64,000 nt of DNA from positions 1 through 64,000 of the IMG/VR virus record IMGVR_UViG_3300047561_001367. The stretch is one strand, 5' to 3'. This document shows positions 1-5,966 of the stretch, piece after piece. Position 1 is the first letter of the stretch, and the number at the start of each line of letters is the position of its first letter. Below the pieces are notes generated by a model, which made no database searches, had not been told where the DNA came from, and saw only the letters and a program-made list of their open reading frames with translations. A program made the position numbers and the translations under genes. This stretch comes from a virus. Lineage: Duplodnaviria; Caudoviricetes.

Positions 1-9
1 GTTCATGAA

Positions 10-72
10 TTATATTTTGGTTCGTGTGATAGTATAGAAAACGAAAAGCGCACAGGCTATGATGGGGATCAT
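10..72 (-). CDS. tiny hydrophobic peptide (20 aa, MIPIIACALFVFYTITRTKI)
   Basis: Translated by hand. The ATG overlaps the TAA of 72..224 (TAATG coupling), and another ATG at 6 continues the operon out of the window. Confidence 0.4.
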   Translation of the reverse strand: MIPIIACALFVFYTITRTKI

Positions 73-224
73 TAGTAGTCTTGCGCGTGTTTGTGTTTTG
101 CCTTGCGCGTGTAGGCGTTCTTCACGCGCAGGGCGAATGATGGACGGCAAGCGGTCTTGCGAACGCTTCGCTCTATCTCGCGCGCGAAGGGGCGCGTGTC
201 GATGGTCATTATAATTCTGCTCAT
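72..224 (-). CDS. small basic protein (50 aa) ending in YTRKAKHK, ArfA/BrfA-like tail
   Basis: Hand translation gives MSRIIMTIDTRPFAREIERSVRKTACRPSFALRVKNAYTRKAKHKHAQDY. ATGA overlap with the upstream gene. Confidence 0.65.
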   Translation of the reverse strand: MSRIIMTIDTRPFAREIERSVRKTACRPSFALRVKNAYTRKAKHKHAQDY

Positions 225-361
225 ATTTTTTTTCTGAAAAGTTTTGGATAGGCTTGTTCTCGCGCTTTTTTTCCGCAGGGATAGCAGCGCGTTTCTCCGT
301 TATATCTTTCCCAATCGTAAGAAAGGGTATTGCATCTTTGGCATCGTTTGCGTCTTTTCAT
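221..361 (-). CDS. small zinc-ribbon protein (46 aa)
   Basis: Hand translation gives MKRRKRCQRCNTLSYDWERYNGETRCYPCGKKAREQAYPKLFRKKI, with two CxxC pairs. It starts 1 nt after the stop of 363..602. Confidence 0.7.
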   Translation of the reverse strand: MKRRKRCQRCNTLSYDWERYNGETRCYPCGKKAREQAYPKLFRKKI

Positions 362-362
362 G

Positions 363-602
363 TTAGTTGACTCCGAAGGTGATTTTGTTAGTGTCTTTGA
401 GCTTCAGCAACTCTTGCGCGAGCGTGGTGAGGCTATCGCACAGGAGGTCGAGCTTTTGCTCGTGAATTTCCAGATGCCTCTGGTGCAGTTCAAGAGTTTT
501 GCCGATGAGGGTTTCGTTTTCCTTGTGATCCTTCAGCGCGTTGCTGTGCAGGACGAGCGTTTCGAGGGCTTTGATGATTCCGTCTTGTGTGTTGTTGTTC
601 AT
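363..602 (-). CDS. hypothetical coiled-coil protein (79 aa)
   Basis: ORF track; heptad Leu pattern; tightly packed operon. Confidence 0.75.
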   Translation of the reverse strand: MNNNTQDGIIKALETLVLHSNALKDHKENETLIGKTLELHQRHLEIHEQKLDLLCDSLTTLAQELLKLKDTNKITFGVN

Positions 603-615
603 AGTGGTGATGATG

Positions 616-822
616 TTAGTGTGTTAGGGTTGAAAGGTCAAGAGTTTTTTTGAAGTATGCGGAGATGTCTTCCGCGCTTGCAGGGCGCAAGTCGTCGAGG
701 AAGAATTTCCCGAAGATGTCGTGATGACGGACAACAGCTTGGTTGCCTTCGATGCGAACGATGCGGAAGCAACGTGTGCCAACTTTCCAGATTTGGCTTT
801 TTTGTGGTGTTTTCTTTTTCAT
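616..822 (-). CDS. hypothetical protein (68 aa), possibly small SH3-like beta domain
   Basis: ORF track; starts 4 nt after the stop of 827..1033. Confidence 0.7.
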   Translation of the reverse strand: MKKKTPQKSQIWKVGTRCFRIVRIEGNQAVVRHHDIFGKFFLDDLRPASAEDISAYFKKTLDLSTLTH

Positions 823-826
823 GTTA

Positions 827-1033
827 TTAGATGTTGACTGCTACGGAGTTAATGGACTGAATCGCCAGTCCGCACAAGTGTCGGTAGTCGTAGCCCTTTT
901 TGTCGAGATTGGTTTTCATCTGTTCGATGCGGCGAACAGATTTGTTGATTGCCGTGCGAAGCATTGCCGCTTCGACGTTGATGATGACAGGAAGCTCGCC
1001 AGTTTTGGCGAAGGTGATGGTGTATGTTTTCAT
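827..1033 (-). CDS. hypothetical protein (68 aa), leaderless
   Basis: ORF track; TTGACC-16-TATACT promoter 7 nt upstream of the ATG. Confidence 0.75.
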   Translation of the reverse strand: MKTYTITFAKTGELPVIINVEAAMLRTAINKSVRRIEQMKTNLDKKGYDYRHLCGLAIQSINSVAVNI

Positions 1034-1040
1034 TGTTAAA

Positions 1041-1078
1041 AGTATAGCAGAGATGCGGTGAAGGTCAAGGGATTTTTT
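1041..1078 (-). promoter_or_regulatory. sigma70-type early promoter
   Basis: AAAAAATCCC-TTGACC-N16-TATACT-N7-ATG, with an extended -10 TG. Confidence 0.8.
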
Positions 1079-1081
1079 AAT

Positions 1082-1264
1082 TTATTTTCTGATGCGCTTT
1101 TTCCAGACCAGCGGCTCGACCCTATCGAAGGTGACGAGAGAGAAACGTCCGTGCCTGTTGGTGTAGGTGAACGTGCGCTTGGCGAGCGATGCGAACGTGC
1201 AAGCCGCCTTGTTTTTCGTGGCGAACTCGATGATCTCCGCGCTCGTGTAGTATTTCTTTGTCAT
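1082..1264 (-). CDS. hypothetical basic protein (60 aa), leaderless
   Basis: ORF track; promoter directly upstream. Confidence 0.7.
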   Translation of the reverse strand: MTKKYYTSAEIIEFATKNKAACTFASLAKRTFTYTNRHGRFSLVTFDRVEPLVWKKRIRK

Positions 1265-1270
1265 GCATAC

Positions 1271-1308
1271 ACTCTACCACAGCCGCGCAAAAATGCAAGG
1301 GATTTTTT
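1271..1308 (-). promoter_or_regulatory. sigma70-type early promoter
   Basis: AAAAAATCCC-TTGCAT-N16-TAGAGT-N6-ATG; TGTGG precedes the -10. Confidence 0.75.
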
Positions 1309-1347
1309 GCGATTAAAAAAATATTTTTTTTGTGCTTGACACGCGAG

Positions 1348-1364
1348 TTGGCACGCTTCATGAA
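1348..1364 (+). promoter_or_regulatory. sigma54-like -24/-12 motif (imperfect -12)
   Basis: TTGGCACGCTTCATGAA versus consensus YTGGCACG-N4-TTGCW. Same offset to the element as the copy at 2562. Confidence 0.45.
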
Positions 1365-1375
1365 TGGCATAATGC

Positions 1376-1452
1376 ATAAGTCCTTCATTTTCAACGACTT
1401 ACGAGCGCGCGGGGGGCGCGCCACAGTAAGTGCTTGATATTCAACGACTTAC
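1376..1452. repeat. 77-bp paired-palindrome element, copy 1
   Basis: ATAAGTCCTTCATTTTCAACGACTTAC (27) + GAGCGCGCGGGGGGCGCGCCACA (23) + GTAAGTGCTTGATATTCAACGACTTAC (27). Confidence 0.95.
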
Positions 1453-1484
1453 ATAAAAAGATTTTTGCAAAAAAAAGCTTGACA

Positions 1485-1501
1485 CGCGCAGGGCGTGCCA
1501 A
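1485..1501 (-). promoter_or_regulatory. sigma54-like -24/-12 motif
   Basis: TTGGCACGCCCTGCGCG, GG-N10-GC, pointing toward element copy 1. Confidence 0.45.
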
Positions 1502-1520
1502 GCGTGAGAGTGTGGCGCGA

Positions 1521-1769
1521 CTACTTCGCGGCCAAGGGCGCGACCAAGGGCTGCTCGATCTCGTCGAAGATGTTCACGTTAGGCTTTGCCCAAGTGAAAG
1601 ACGTTGAGCCTGTCGCGGGGTTGGTCACGCGCCAGTAAGCGTGACCGCCTTCAACCGCCGCCCTGTTGAAAGGCAGGACGATGAACACGAAGAACGCCGC
1701 GCTTGTTACGATGAGGGTGAGAAGACTGCTCATCAGAGCAACCGCCGTGGTGTATGTGTATTTATTCAT
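1521..1769 (-). CDS. small membrane protein (82 aa)
   Basis: ORF track; N-terminal hydrophobic helix. Confidence 0.7.
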   Translation of the reverse strand: MNKYTYTTAVALMSSLLTLIVTSAAFFVFIVLPFNRAAVEGGHAYWRVTNPATGSTSFTWAKPNVNIFDEIEQPLVAPLAAK

Positions 1770-1781
1770 TGAGTGTTTAGG

Positions 1782-1964
1782 TTAGTTGTTTTCTTGATCG
1801 TGTGCAAGGATTTTTTCCATGCGTTCGTGCAAAAGTTTATAGACAAGATGCGCGTCATGCACAGCGTCAACGCAATCTTTCCTCATGCCTTCCATGAGAA
1901 AGTCTTTGGCGAAGAAGCGCACACTATTTGACTCAAGAGCTTTTTGTATGTTGGGAGTGATCAT
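1782..1964 (-). CDS. hypothetical protein (60 aa, MITPNIQKAL...)
   Basis: Start re-assigned to ATG 1964, 1 nt after the upstream stop. Confidence 0.7.
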   Translation of the reverse strand: MITPNIQKALESNSVRFFAKDFLMEGMRKDCVDAVHDAHLVYKLLHERMEKILAHDQENN

Positions 1965-1965
1965 G

Positions 1966-2058
1966 TTAGATGGAGAGTAAGAAGCCGATGAGGCCGATTG
2001 AAACCGCAATGAGAGTGTAGAGCGCGAAGCCCAGCAAGTCGAGGATTTGTTCTTTCAT
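1966..2058 (-). CDS. small membrane peptide (30 aa, MKEQILDLLGFALYTLIAVSIGLIGFLLSI)
   Basis: C-terminal part of the track ORF; the ATG is 4 nt after the stop of 2063..2278. Confidence 0.6.
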   Translation of the reverse strand: MKEQILDLLGFALYTLIAVSIGLIGFLLSI

Positions 2059-2062
2059 GAGA

Positions 2063-2278
2063 TTATTTGTATGATCCAACAGGGATGTTCGGCGTTCCAG
2101 AGAAAACCGCTTCCAGAAAGCGATCACCATCGAATCGCGGATTTTGTTCGGTGAAGTATGCGGCAAAGTCCATTGCCAGAACTTCGACAACTTCATATTC
2201 GCCAATCGGCGCGTGTTGTTTTTCAGCGAGACGCTTGCCCAAGATTTTTGCAACGGCTTGGTAGTGTTTTTTTGTCAT
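2063..2278 (-). CDS. conserved phage early protein (MTKKHY...NPRFD.xRF..A type), function unknown
   Basis: ORF track; motif pattern recalled from many phage hypothetical proteins; degenerate promoter TTGACC-17-CACAAT-6-ATG upstream. Confidence 0.8.
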   Translation of the reverse strand: MTKKHYQAVAKILGKRLAEKQHAPIGEYEVVEVLAMDFAAYFTEQNPRFDGDRFLEAVFSGTPNIPVGSYK

Positions 2279-2322
2279 GGTGTTATTGTGGTTTGTTTTA
2301 GTGTTAAGGTCAAGGGATTATT

Positions 2323-2478
2323 TTAGCAATTCTTGAGACGGATGAGGACATCCTTGTTGACTTCGAGAGCCTCGGTGAGAACCTCGAAGCAGAACTCCCG
2401 CCATTCCTGCTCGGTGATTTTACCAGCGCGGAAAGCGTTGAGCTTGTTGACGTATTCGGTGTTGTTCGTCTTGATCAT
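2323..2478 (-). CDS. hypothetical protein (51 aa, MIKTNNTEYV...), leaderless
   Basis: Start re-assigned from the promoter position. Confidence 0.75.
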   Translation of the reverse strand: MIKTNNTEYVNKLNAFRAGKITEQEWREFCFEVLTEALEVNKDVLIRLKNC

Positions 2479-2484
2479 GTTTAT

Positions 2485-2523
2485 AGAATACCACAGCCCC
2501 GCAAAAACGCAAGGGATTTTTTT
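2485..2523 (-). promoter_or_regulatory. sigma70-type early promoter
   Basis: AAAAAAATCCC-TTGCGT-N16-TATTCT-N6-ATG. Confidence 0.8.
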
Positions 2524-2561
2524 GAAAATTATTTTTTTATTTTTTTCGCTTGACACGTGAC

Positions 2562-2578
2562 TTGGCATGCCGCTTGCG
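2562..2578 (+). promoter_or_regulatory. sigma54-like -24/-12 motif
   Basis: TTGGCATGCCGCTTGCG, close to consensus; predicted +1 near 2589, at the start of element copy 2. Confidence 0.55.
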
Positions 2579-2589
2579 TAGCATATTCC

Positions 2590-2666
2590 ATAACACGTTG
2601 ATTTTCAACAGCTTACGTCGCGCGGCGGGGCGCGGCCGCGTAAGTGCTTGATATTCAACGACTTAG
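2590..2666. repeat. 77-bp paired-palindrome element, copy 2
   Basis: ATAACACGTTGATTTTCAACAGCTTAC + GTCGCGCGGCGGGGCGCGGCCGC + GTAAGTGCTTGATATTCAACGACTTAG; a degenerate third palindrome lies at 2700-2726. Confidence 0.95.
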
Positions 2667-2788
2667 CCTATGATCGTGAAATTCATTTCGTGATGATACG
2701 TAAAGCCTTACGGCTTAACGACTTAAGTGAGTTTCCAAAAAACACAAAAAAAAATGCGCACTTGGCGCACTTTTTTCTTGACAAGATT

Positions 2789-2887
2789 TTAGTTGAAGAA
2801 CTCGCGCAGTATGCCGCGCAGGTAGAAAACAAAGCAACGCGGGTTGCGGATTAGGCAACGCGCGTGCAATGTGATGCGTGCGAACAT
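2789..2887 (-). CDS. small basic/hydrophobic peptide (32 aa, MFARITLHARCLIRNPRCFVFYLRGILREFFN)
   Basis: Hand translation; the ATG is 3 nt after the stop of 2891..3163. Confidence 0.45.
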   Translation of the reverse strand: MFARITLHARCLIRNPRCFVFYLRGILREFFN

Positions 2888-2890
2888 GGC

Positions 2891-3163
2891 CTACTCTTCG
2901 CAGTAGTCGTTCGCCTCGTTCTGGTTGTAGTCCGCGAGGTCGTCCTCGCCCGACCCATCCCCAGCCCAGCCAACGTAGGCATGAGCCTCGGCCTCCTCAC
3001 GCTCGCGCTCCTCGCGCTCGTGGAGTTCCTGCGCGGCGGCCCAATCGTCGCGCACCTGTTGCACGAGGATTTCCTCGCGCTCGACCTGTTCGGTGGCGAG
3101 GTCGTCCACGTGCGCGTTGACGATGAAGGTTTCGTTGATGGTGGTGGTGTTGGTGTTGTTCAT
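2891..3163 (-). CDS. highly acidic small protein (90 aa), leaderless
   Basis: Start re-assigned to ATG 3163 behind TTGCGT-17-TATTCT-6; 26 D/E versus 5 R and 0 K. Confidence 0.75.
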   Translation of the reverse strand: MNNTNTTTINETFIVNAHVDDLATEQVEREEILVQQVRDDWAAAQELHEREEREREEAEAHAYVGWAGDGSGEDDLADYNQNEANDYCEE

Positions 3164-3169
3164 GGTTAA

Positions 3170-3208
3170 AGAATAGGATGAGATGAGAGTGAACGCAAGG
3201 ATTATTTT
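3170..3208 (-). promoter_or_regulatory. sigma70-type early promoter
   Basis: AATAATCC-TTGCGT-N17-TATTCT-N6-ATG. Confidence 0.75.
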
Positions 3209-3551
3209 ATGCGGCCATGCGAACACGGAACACAAGCTCCAGCTTGCCAGCTTTGGGGCTAGATTCGCCAGCGACAAAAGCCGCGAGCATTTCGCTGTCC
3301 AAGTTGAAACGCGAGGGATATTGAGAGTTAGCCCAACGCAAGCCATCGGGCAAGCCAAGGTCGATGAGTTGTTGAACCTCTGAGTCAGAAGGGGACGAGT
3401 AAGGCGACCAGCTGAGAGTTGCAACGACCTCGTTCGTGTTGACGTTGATGAGATCATGCCAGAGCTTGATGCAGTCGCCATCATAATCCTCCGAGACGGA
3501 GAGGAAGCAGAGGGTTCCGTTGACGTTGAATTGTGTTTCTTTATCTTTCAT
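3207..3551 (-). CDS. hypothetical protein (114 aa), leaderless
   Basis: ORF track; promoter directly upstream. Confidence 0.75.
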   Translation of the reverse strand: MKDKETQFNVNGTLCFLSVSEDYDGDCIKLWHDLINVNTNEVVATLSWSPYSSPSDSEVQQLIDLGLPDGLRWANSQYPSRFNLDSEMLAAFVAGESSPKAGKLELVFRVRMAA

Positions 3552-3557
3552 ACATAC

Positions 3558-3596
3558 AATCTACCACAGGTCATGCAAAACACAAGGGATTTTTTT
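3558..3596 (-). promoter_or_regulatory. sigma70-type early promoter
   Basis: AAAAAAATCCC-TTGTGT-N16-TAGATT-N6-ATG. Confidence 0.75.
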
Positions 3597-3629
3597 ACGA
3601 TTGTGCAAATTATTTTTTATCTTTTTTAC

Positions 3630-3658
3630 TTGACATCTTGCGCGTGTTGTGGTATTAT
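3630..3658 (+). promoter_or_regulatory. sigma70-type promoter firing into element copy 3
   Basis: TTGACA-N17-TATTAT with TGTGG before the -10; no convincing ORF downstream. Confidence 0.65.
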
Positions 3659-3671
3659 TCGCGTCCTATAT

Positions 3672-3748
3672 GTAAAGTGTTGATTTTCAACGACTTACGG
3701 CGGCGCGCCCCGCCCTTCGGCGTAAGTGCTTGATATTCAAGGGGTTAT
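3672..3748. repeat. 77-bp paired-palindrome element, copy 3 (core inverted)
   Basis: GTAAAGTGTTGATTTTCAACGACTTAC + GGCGGCGCGCCCCGCCCTTCGGC + GTAAGTGCTTGATATTCAAGGGGTTAT. Confidence 0.95.
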
Positions 3749-3792
3749 ACAACATGCGATTTTGGCAAGAAAAAGCGCACCAAGTGCAAGAC

Positions 3793-3809
3793 TTGGCACG
3801 CTTCCTGCT
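3793..3809 (+). promoter_or_regulatory. sigma54-like -24/-12 motif
   Basis: TTGGCACGCTTCCTGCT, near consensus. Confidence 0.55.
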
Positions 3810-3823
3810 ATAGGATGAGGGCC

Positions 3824-4087
3824 TTACCAGCCCGCCATGCCTTGGTCTATCTCGTTAAGGATAACGTCATCGACTTTCTTTTGCAGTTCCTCATCAGTGA
3901 AGAGGGACTCCATAGGAACAGGGTGAAGGATCGAAGGAGCCTTGAAGTCCAAGACTTCGGTGTCCGTGTCGTTATTCCACAGGTTGAGTGTGACGATCTC
4001 AAAGTTCATGTCGCTATCGACGTAGAATTCCGCGTCGATGTTGTAGCTTGTTCCGTTGAGGGTGAAGGATGTGTTGATGTCTTTCAT
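3824..4087 (-). CDS. acidic hypothetical protein (87 aa), leaderless
   Basis: ORF track; promoter directly upstream. Confidence 0.75.
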   Translation of the reverse strand: MKDINTSFTLNGTSYNIDAEFYVDSDMNFEIVTLNLWNNDTDTEVLDFKAPSILHPVPMESLFTDEELQKKVDDVILNEIDQGMAGW

Positions 4088-4093
4088 GCTTTT

Positions 4094-4131
4094 AATTTAT
4101 CAGAGGTTAATGGATTGTAAAGGGATTTTTT
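4094..4131 (-). promoter_or_regulatory. sigma70-type early promoter
   Basis: AAAAAATCCC-TTTACA-N16-TAAATT-N6-ATG. Confidence 0.75.
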
Positions 4132-4135
4132 ATGA

Positions 4136-4309
4136 TTAGCGTAACTTTTTTTTGTTGACGTTCCAGAAGTCAGTATAAGGAACGCGATGCGCTTTGATCT
4201 CATACGTTCCGCGCTTGTTAGTAATGCGCCACACGCGCAAATTGATCCCAACAAAGTAAGGGTGTCCGAGTTGGTTGATTTCTTTCGTGCTGTATTCGTT
4301 CTTAACCAT
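4136..4309 (-). CDS. basic hypothetical protein (57 aa, MVKNEYSTKE...), leaderless
   Basis: Start re-assigned; TGTGG-TATTCT-N6-ATG at 4316-4326. Confidence 0.65.
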   Translation of the reverse strand: MVKNEYSTKEINQLGHPYFVGINLRVWRITNKRGTYEIKAHRVPYTDFWNVNKKKLR

Positions 4310-4723
4310 GTGAAAAGAATACCACACCCCACGGAAAACACCAGAAAAATCTTTGCGGTTGAGTAAATTATTTTTGTTGACACCTACCCCCCTACTTTTT
4401 GAAAAAAATCGAACGGCCGTTTGAAAATTTCGGGGGGGAGGGGACCATTTTCAATCTCCAGTACTTTTATTTTAATACATTTAATTTAACCGCCAAGCAT
4501 AAATCACGATAAGTATCGTATAACTGTACAAACTTTTATAAAACCGTATATGGAAAACACCCTAATAATAAAATAACAAATTTAAAAAATCCGCGGGGTT
4601 TATTTTTTTCTTAATTTGTAATTTAATCCATGGATCTATTAAGTCTATTAAGACTATTACGATATCGTCACTTGACTTAAATCAAATATGATTGTAATAT
4701 ATGGATGAAAGGAGGTGAAAAGT

Positions 4724-4849
4724 ATGAAAGATTTCTTAAAATTTACTAAAGTAGAGTTAATCCTATTTTTTATTATTTGTAGTCAGGCAGTTATTGCGAT
4801 GGCGAATTACGATCAAATATTTAAAATGATGGGTAAGATTATTCAGTAG
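4724..4849 (+). CDS. small membrane peptide (41 aa)
   Basis: Hand translation gives MKDFLKFTKVELILFFIICSQAVIAMANYDQIFKMMGKIIQ. Perfect SD AAAGGAGGTGA upstream and a terminator downstream. Confidence 0.7.
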   Translation: MKDFLKFTKVELILFFIICSQAVIAMANYDQIFKMMGKIIQ

Positions 4850-4908
4850 ACTAAATCAAAATGTGTCGCAAATCATTTAGACACGTTTGGATTTAATCCA
4901 TTTAAAGC

Positions 4909-4944
4909 AAAGCCCCCTCTGAGAAAAGAGGGGGTTCTTTTTTT
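4909..4944. terminator. intrinsic terminator between convergent genes
   Basis: CCCCCTCT-GAGAAA-AGAGGGGG followed by a T run. Confidence 0.8.
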
Positions 4945-5116
4945 ATACAGATTTCTCTAACGCGGCTGGATTAATGTTCTTAGTCATGGTTTTATAGTGT
5001 TCGGGGCACAAGTAGTGCTTACTACCGTCACCAAGTACGAGTAGTTCTGTACCCTCGTGCGAACACGGAACTAAAGATTCACCAATATACTGTATGTAAA
5101 GTTCACAACGGTTCAT
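4943..5116 (-). CDS. small Cys/His (zinc-binding?) protein (57 aa)
   Basis: Start re-assigned to MNRCELY...; C..C..CPEH pattern. Confidence 0.55.
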   Translation of the reverse strand: MNRCELYIQYIGESLVPCSHEGTELLVLGDGSKHYLCPEHYKTMTKNINPAALEKSV

Positions 5117-5198
5117 AATATATAATAATAATATATTGATTACAACATGTATATCTAAAATTTGTTTTATATACATTTTGCATGTAATATGTATACAG

Positions 5199-5966
5199 AT
5201 GGACATTATTTTTAGCTATTGGGATACTGGACATAGAAAATTCACATCACTAGAAGTGGCGGCAATGTCAAACCACTTGGCTAAAAAACACGGACATAAA
5301 ACCCACTTGTACGCGGATAAAAGTGGGCTAGAATTATTTAAAAATATAGAATTTGATTATCGTATTGAGTTAGATGAGAAAATTTTAAAAGAATTACCCG
5401 CGCGCGTTTGGAGTTTGGGTAAACTTTTGGCTATTTCACAACATCGCGCGCCATTTTTACATATAGACTTTGATTTAATGCTGTTTAAAGACATTCCACG
5501 CGAAAAATTAAGTGAAGATTTTTTATGTGCCCATCCCGAATACTGGTTTGAATTTGAAAGGGAGTGTTATAACATACACGCGCCGAAATTAAACATTAAA
5601 GCGCCATACCCTTATTCTCATAATTGTTGTATAGTGGGGGGTAATAAATATATGGAAATTAATAGCGCCGCTGAAACAATTATAAATTACTGTATAGAAA
5701 ATAAAGTGGAAATAGAAAACGATTGCGAAAAATATAAAAAAATACGTACATGGATTATACCCAGCCTATTTGAACAAACGTTTTTTGTTAATTTAGTGAG
5801 GAGTAAACTTAATTTAATAAAAATTCCAGTAGTCTTTGACGAAATGAATATTGATAAATTATACAGTAAATTTAAAAGTAGTAATATAGTACATCTTTGG
5901 GGGCAAAAAATATTAGTCCACGATTTGTACGATAAATATATTGCGAAAAATAAAATTACATACTAA
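5199..5966 (+). CDS. GT-A-like nucleotide-sugar transferase (DUF6734-like)
   Basis: WSLGKL..PFLHIDFD (DxD), FEQ and HLWG motifs; ATG 5199 follows an ATGTAA motif. Confidence 0.6.
   Translation: MDIIFSYWDTGHRKFTSLEVAAMSNHLAKKHGHKTHLYADKSGLELFKNIEFDYRIELDEKILKELPARVWSLGKLLAISQHRAPFLHIDFDLMLFKDIPREKLSEDFLCAHPEYWFEFERECYNIHAPKLNIKAPYPYSHNCCIVGGNKYMEINSAAETIINYCIENKVEIENDCEKYKKIRTWIIPSLFEQTFFVNLVRSKLNLIKIPVVFDEMNIDKLYSKFKSSNIVHLWGQKILVHDLYDKYIAKNKITY

Noticed and set aside
1376-3748. Mini-CRISPR arrays (27-bp repeat, 23-bp spacer, 27-bp repeat)
   Set aside because: The repeats within a unit differ at several positions, the 'spacers' share a conserved GSGGGGCGCG motif instead of being unique, there are only two good repeats per locus, and no cas genes are in the window.
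330-4120. Plus-strand ORFs in the early region (330..653, 743..1039, 1058..1339, 2864..3169, 3815..4120 and others)
   Set aside because: They are antisense shadows of minus-strand genes that have their own promoters and tight coupling; some run through the repeat elements.
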